Made by a program: the position numbers and the translations under genes. Under the pieces are notes generated by a model. The model had not been told where the DNA came from. It saw only the letters and a program-made list of their open reading frames with translations, and searched no databases. From Mustelus asterias (Eukaryota): a stretch of DNA of 64,000 nucleotides. Positions 61,850 through 64,000 of the stretch are shown piece after piece; the stretch's first letter is position 1; every line of letters begins with the position of its first letter. The DNA is taken from positions 372,001-436,000 of the forward strand of contig NW_027590274.1 in assembly GCF_964213995.1 (NCBI RefSeq). The letters are read 5' to 3'.

Positions 61850-62599
61850 AAAACACTTTCTTTTCTCCCCCTTTCCATTTATTTTCTCATTCTGGAGGCA
61901 ATTGTTGACTTGCAACAACTGATCACGAGAAATAGAAGCAGGAGCGGCCACCAGGCCCTTGAAGCCTGTCCCGCCATTCAATCCGATCATAGCTGACTGA
62001 TGCTGGTTTCAACTCCTTTACTGTGCTATTTCCCCATAGCCCTGTATTCCCCGATCTATCAAATATGTATCCACCTCCACTTTAAATACTTTTAACGATC
62101 CAGCCTCCACCACCCTTTGGGGCGGGGAATTCCAGAGCTTCATCATCCTCTGTGAGAAGAAATTCCTGCACACCTCAGTTTTAAATGACTGACCTTTTAT
62201 TTTGTTTGAAAATATCTCACCATCTACCCTGTCAAGCCCCCTCAGGATCTGAAATGTTTCAATAACTCCTTTGTCTTCAAAACTTCAAGGAACACAGACC
62301 TTGACAATTTACTCCCTCGTGATAGGACAACCCTCCTATCCCAGGAATTAGCCTGGTGAATTTCCTTTGGACTATGTCCAATATTACTATATCCTTGTTT
62401 AGATAAGGGGATCAAAACTGTATGCACTATTCCAGGTGAGGCATCACCAACACACTGTACAGTTGCAACAAAACCTCCCTGTTTTTAAACTCCAACCCCT
62501 TTGCAATAAAAGCCAAAATGCCATTTTCCTTCTTAACTCGTGTGGGACCTGCCTGCTCGCCTTTTGTGATTCATAGAGAGAAACAGACTGAATGTGACC

Positions 62600-62960
62600 T
62601 AGAAATCATAGAAACCCTACAGTGCAGAAGGAGGCCATTCGGCCCATCGAGTCTGCACCGACCACAATCCCACCCAGGCCCTACCCCCACATATTTACCT
62701 GCTAATCCCTCTAACCTACGCATCCCAGGACTCTAAGGGGCAATTTTTAACCTGGCCAATCAACCTAACCCGCACATCTTTGGACTGTGGGAGGAAACCG
62801 GAGCACCCGGAGGAAACCCACGCAGACACGAGGAGAATGTGCAAACTCCACACAGACAGTGACCCGAGCCGGGAATCGAACCCGGGACCCTGGAGCTGTG
62901 AAGCAGCAGTGCTAACCACTGTGCTACCATGTCGCCCGTCTGTGCTACCGTGCCGCCCGA
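62600..62960 (-). mobile_element. Young full-length HE1-type SINE inside a CR1 fragment
   Basis: Intact A/B boxes (gggttcgattccc), V-domain and tail. Confidence 0.9.
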
Positions 62961-63149
62961 TTCATGCACAAGAACACCAAGATCCCTCTGTACTTCACTC
63001 ACCGGCAGCCTCTCTCCATTTAGATAATCTCCCTGTTGATTCCTCCAACTGAAATACATGACCTCACACTTCCCCACTTTAAACTCCATTTGCCAGGTTT
63101 TGAAGAGAGGGGTGACTTTATTGCATCTTCCCCAATGCCCGTTTCATCT

Positions 63150-63410
63150 TTCCCAGGCCCTATCCCTGTAGCCCTACATTTTTACCCCACTAATCCACCT
63201 AATCTACATCTATTGGGACACAAAGGGGCAATTTAGCATGGCCAATCAATCTAACCCGCACATCTTTGGACTGTGGGAAGAACCTGGAGAACTCAGAAAT
63301 CCACACAGACATGGAGAGAATGCGCATACTCCACACAGATTGTCACCGGGATTGAACCTGGGTCCCTGGCACTGTGAGGCAGCAGTGCTAACCACTGTGC
63401 TGCCATGGCG
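63150..63410 (-). mobile_element. HE1-type SINE
   Basis: Head and V-domain on minus strand. Confidence 0.8.
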
Positions 63411-63910
63411 CCATATCTAAATAAACTACAGATTTCTCTCGATCTACCCTCCTTCTTATATCCTCAAACAATTCAAGCAAATTTGTCAAACGTAATTTAT
63501 CTTTCTGAGAACCATGTTGACGAGGTTTGATTATATTCAGCTTTCCTAAATGATTAGCTATTTGCTCTTTGATTATTGACTCCAGCGTCTTGCCAATAAT
63601 AGATATTAAATTAACTGACTTATAGTTCCCTGCCTTCTGCCTTTCTCCCTTTTTGACCAAGGTAGTCACATTGACCGACTGCCAATCTTCTGATACTCTC
63701 CCGGAATCTAGCAAGTTACGAAAAATTTAAACAAAATTCTCCAGCAACCTCCATTCAAAAGCTAGCGTGCAGTTCATTGGGTCCTGGTGACTTGTCCGCC
63801 CTGAGTCACTGAAGGGAAAGGAAATGAGTCCAGTCTACCTCATCCATACATTTTTGGTCCAGTCATATAGACATATATCTGTCTGGCAGCCTGCATGGAG
63901 ATTTCCAGCT

Positions 63911-64000
63911 GTGTCCAGGACAGGAAACAGTGAGCATGGATCTGTCAATCAGCCTCAATCAGCACCTTCAGGAGAATTGGGAGGGTGAATATTAGATACA
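63911..64000 (+). other. Conserved ZNF-family module, implying another ZNF coding exon just beyond the window
   Basis: gtgtccaggacagg...aatcagcaccttcaggagaattgggagggtgaatattagataca, also present upstream of ZNF-A, -D and -E coding exons. Confidence 0.75.

Overview
Eukaryotic, repeat-rich genomic DNA, almost certainly from a cartilaginous fish (HE1-type SINEs, HER1/CR1 LINEs, Penelope-like elements). The flanks are a cluster of KRAB-less C2H2 zinc-finger genes: three with open frames of 7, 14 and 12 finger units, two pseudogenes, and the start of one more at the right edge sharing a bidirectional promoter. There is also a duplicated, intron-containing EMC4 pseudogene. The centre (about 28.8-45.5 kb) is an island of five T-cell receptor alpha/delta-type V segments: one intact with leader and 23-RSS, one with a single frameshift, and three relics. 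They are interleaved with tRNA genes/pseudogenes and CTCF motifs, and no D, J or C segment is visible. Other notable items are an intron-containing tRNA-Pro(CGG) relic, an LTR-derived element with inverted ends, a 5-bp TSD and a possible self-priming hairpin, and seven minimal hammerhead ribozyme motifs in Penelope-derived insertions. All calls were made by eye; repeat boundaries are approximate.
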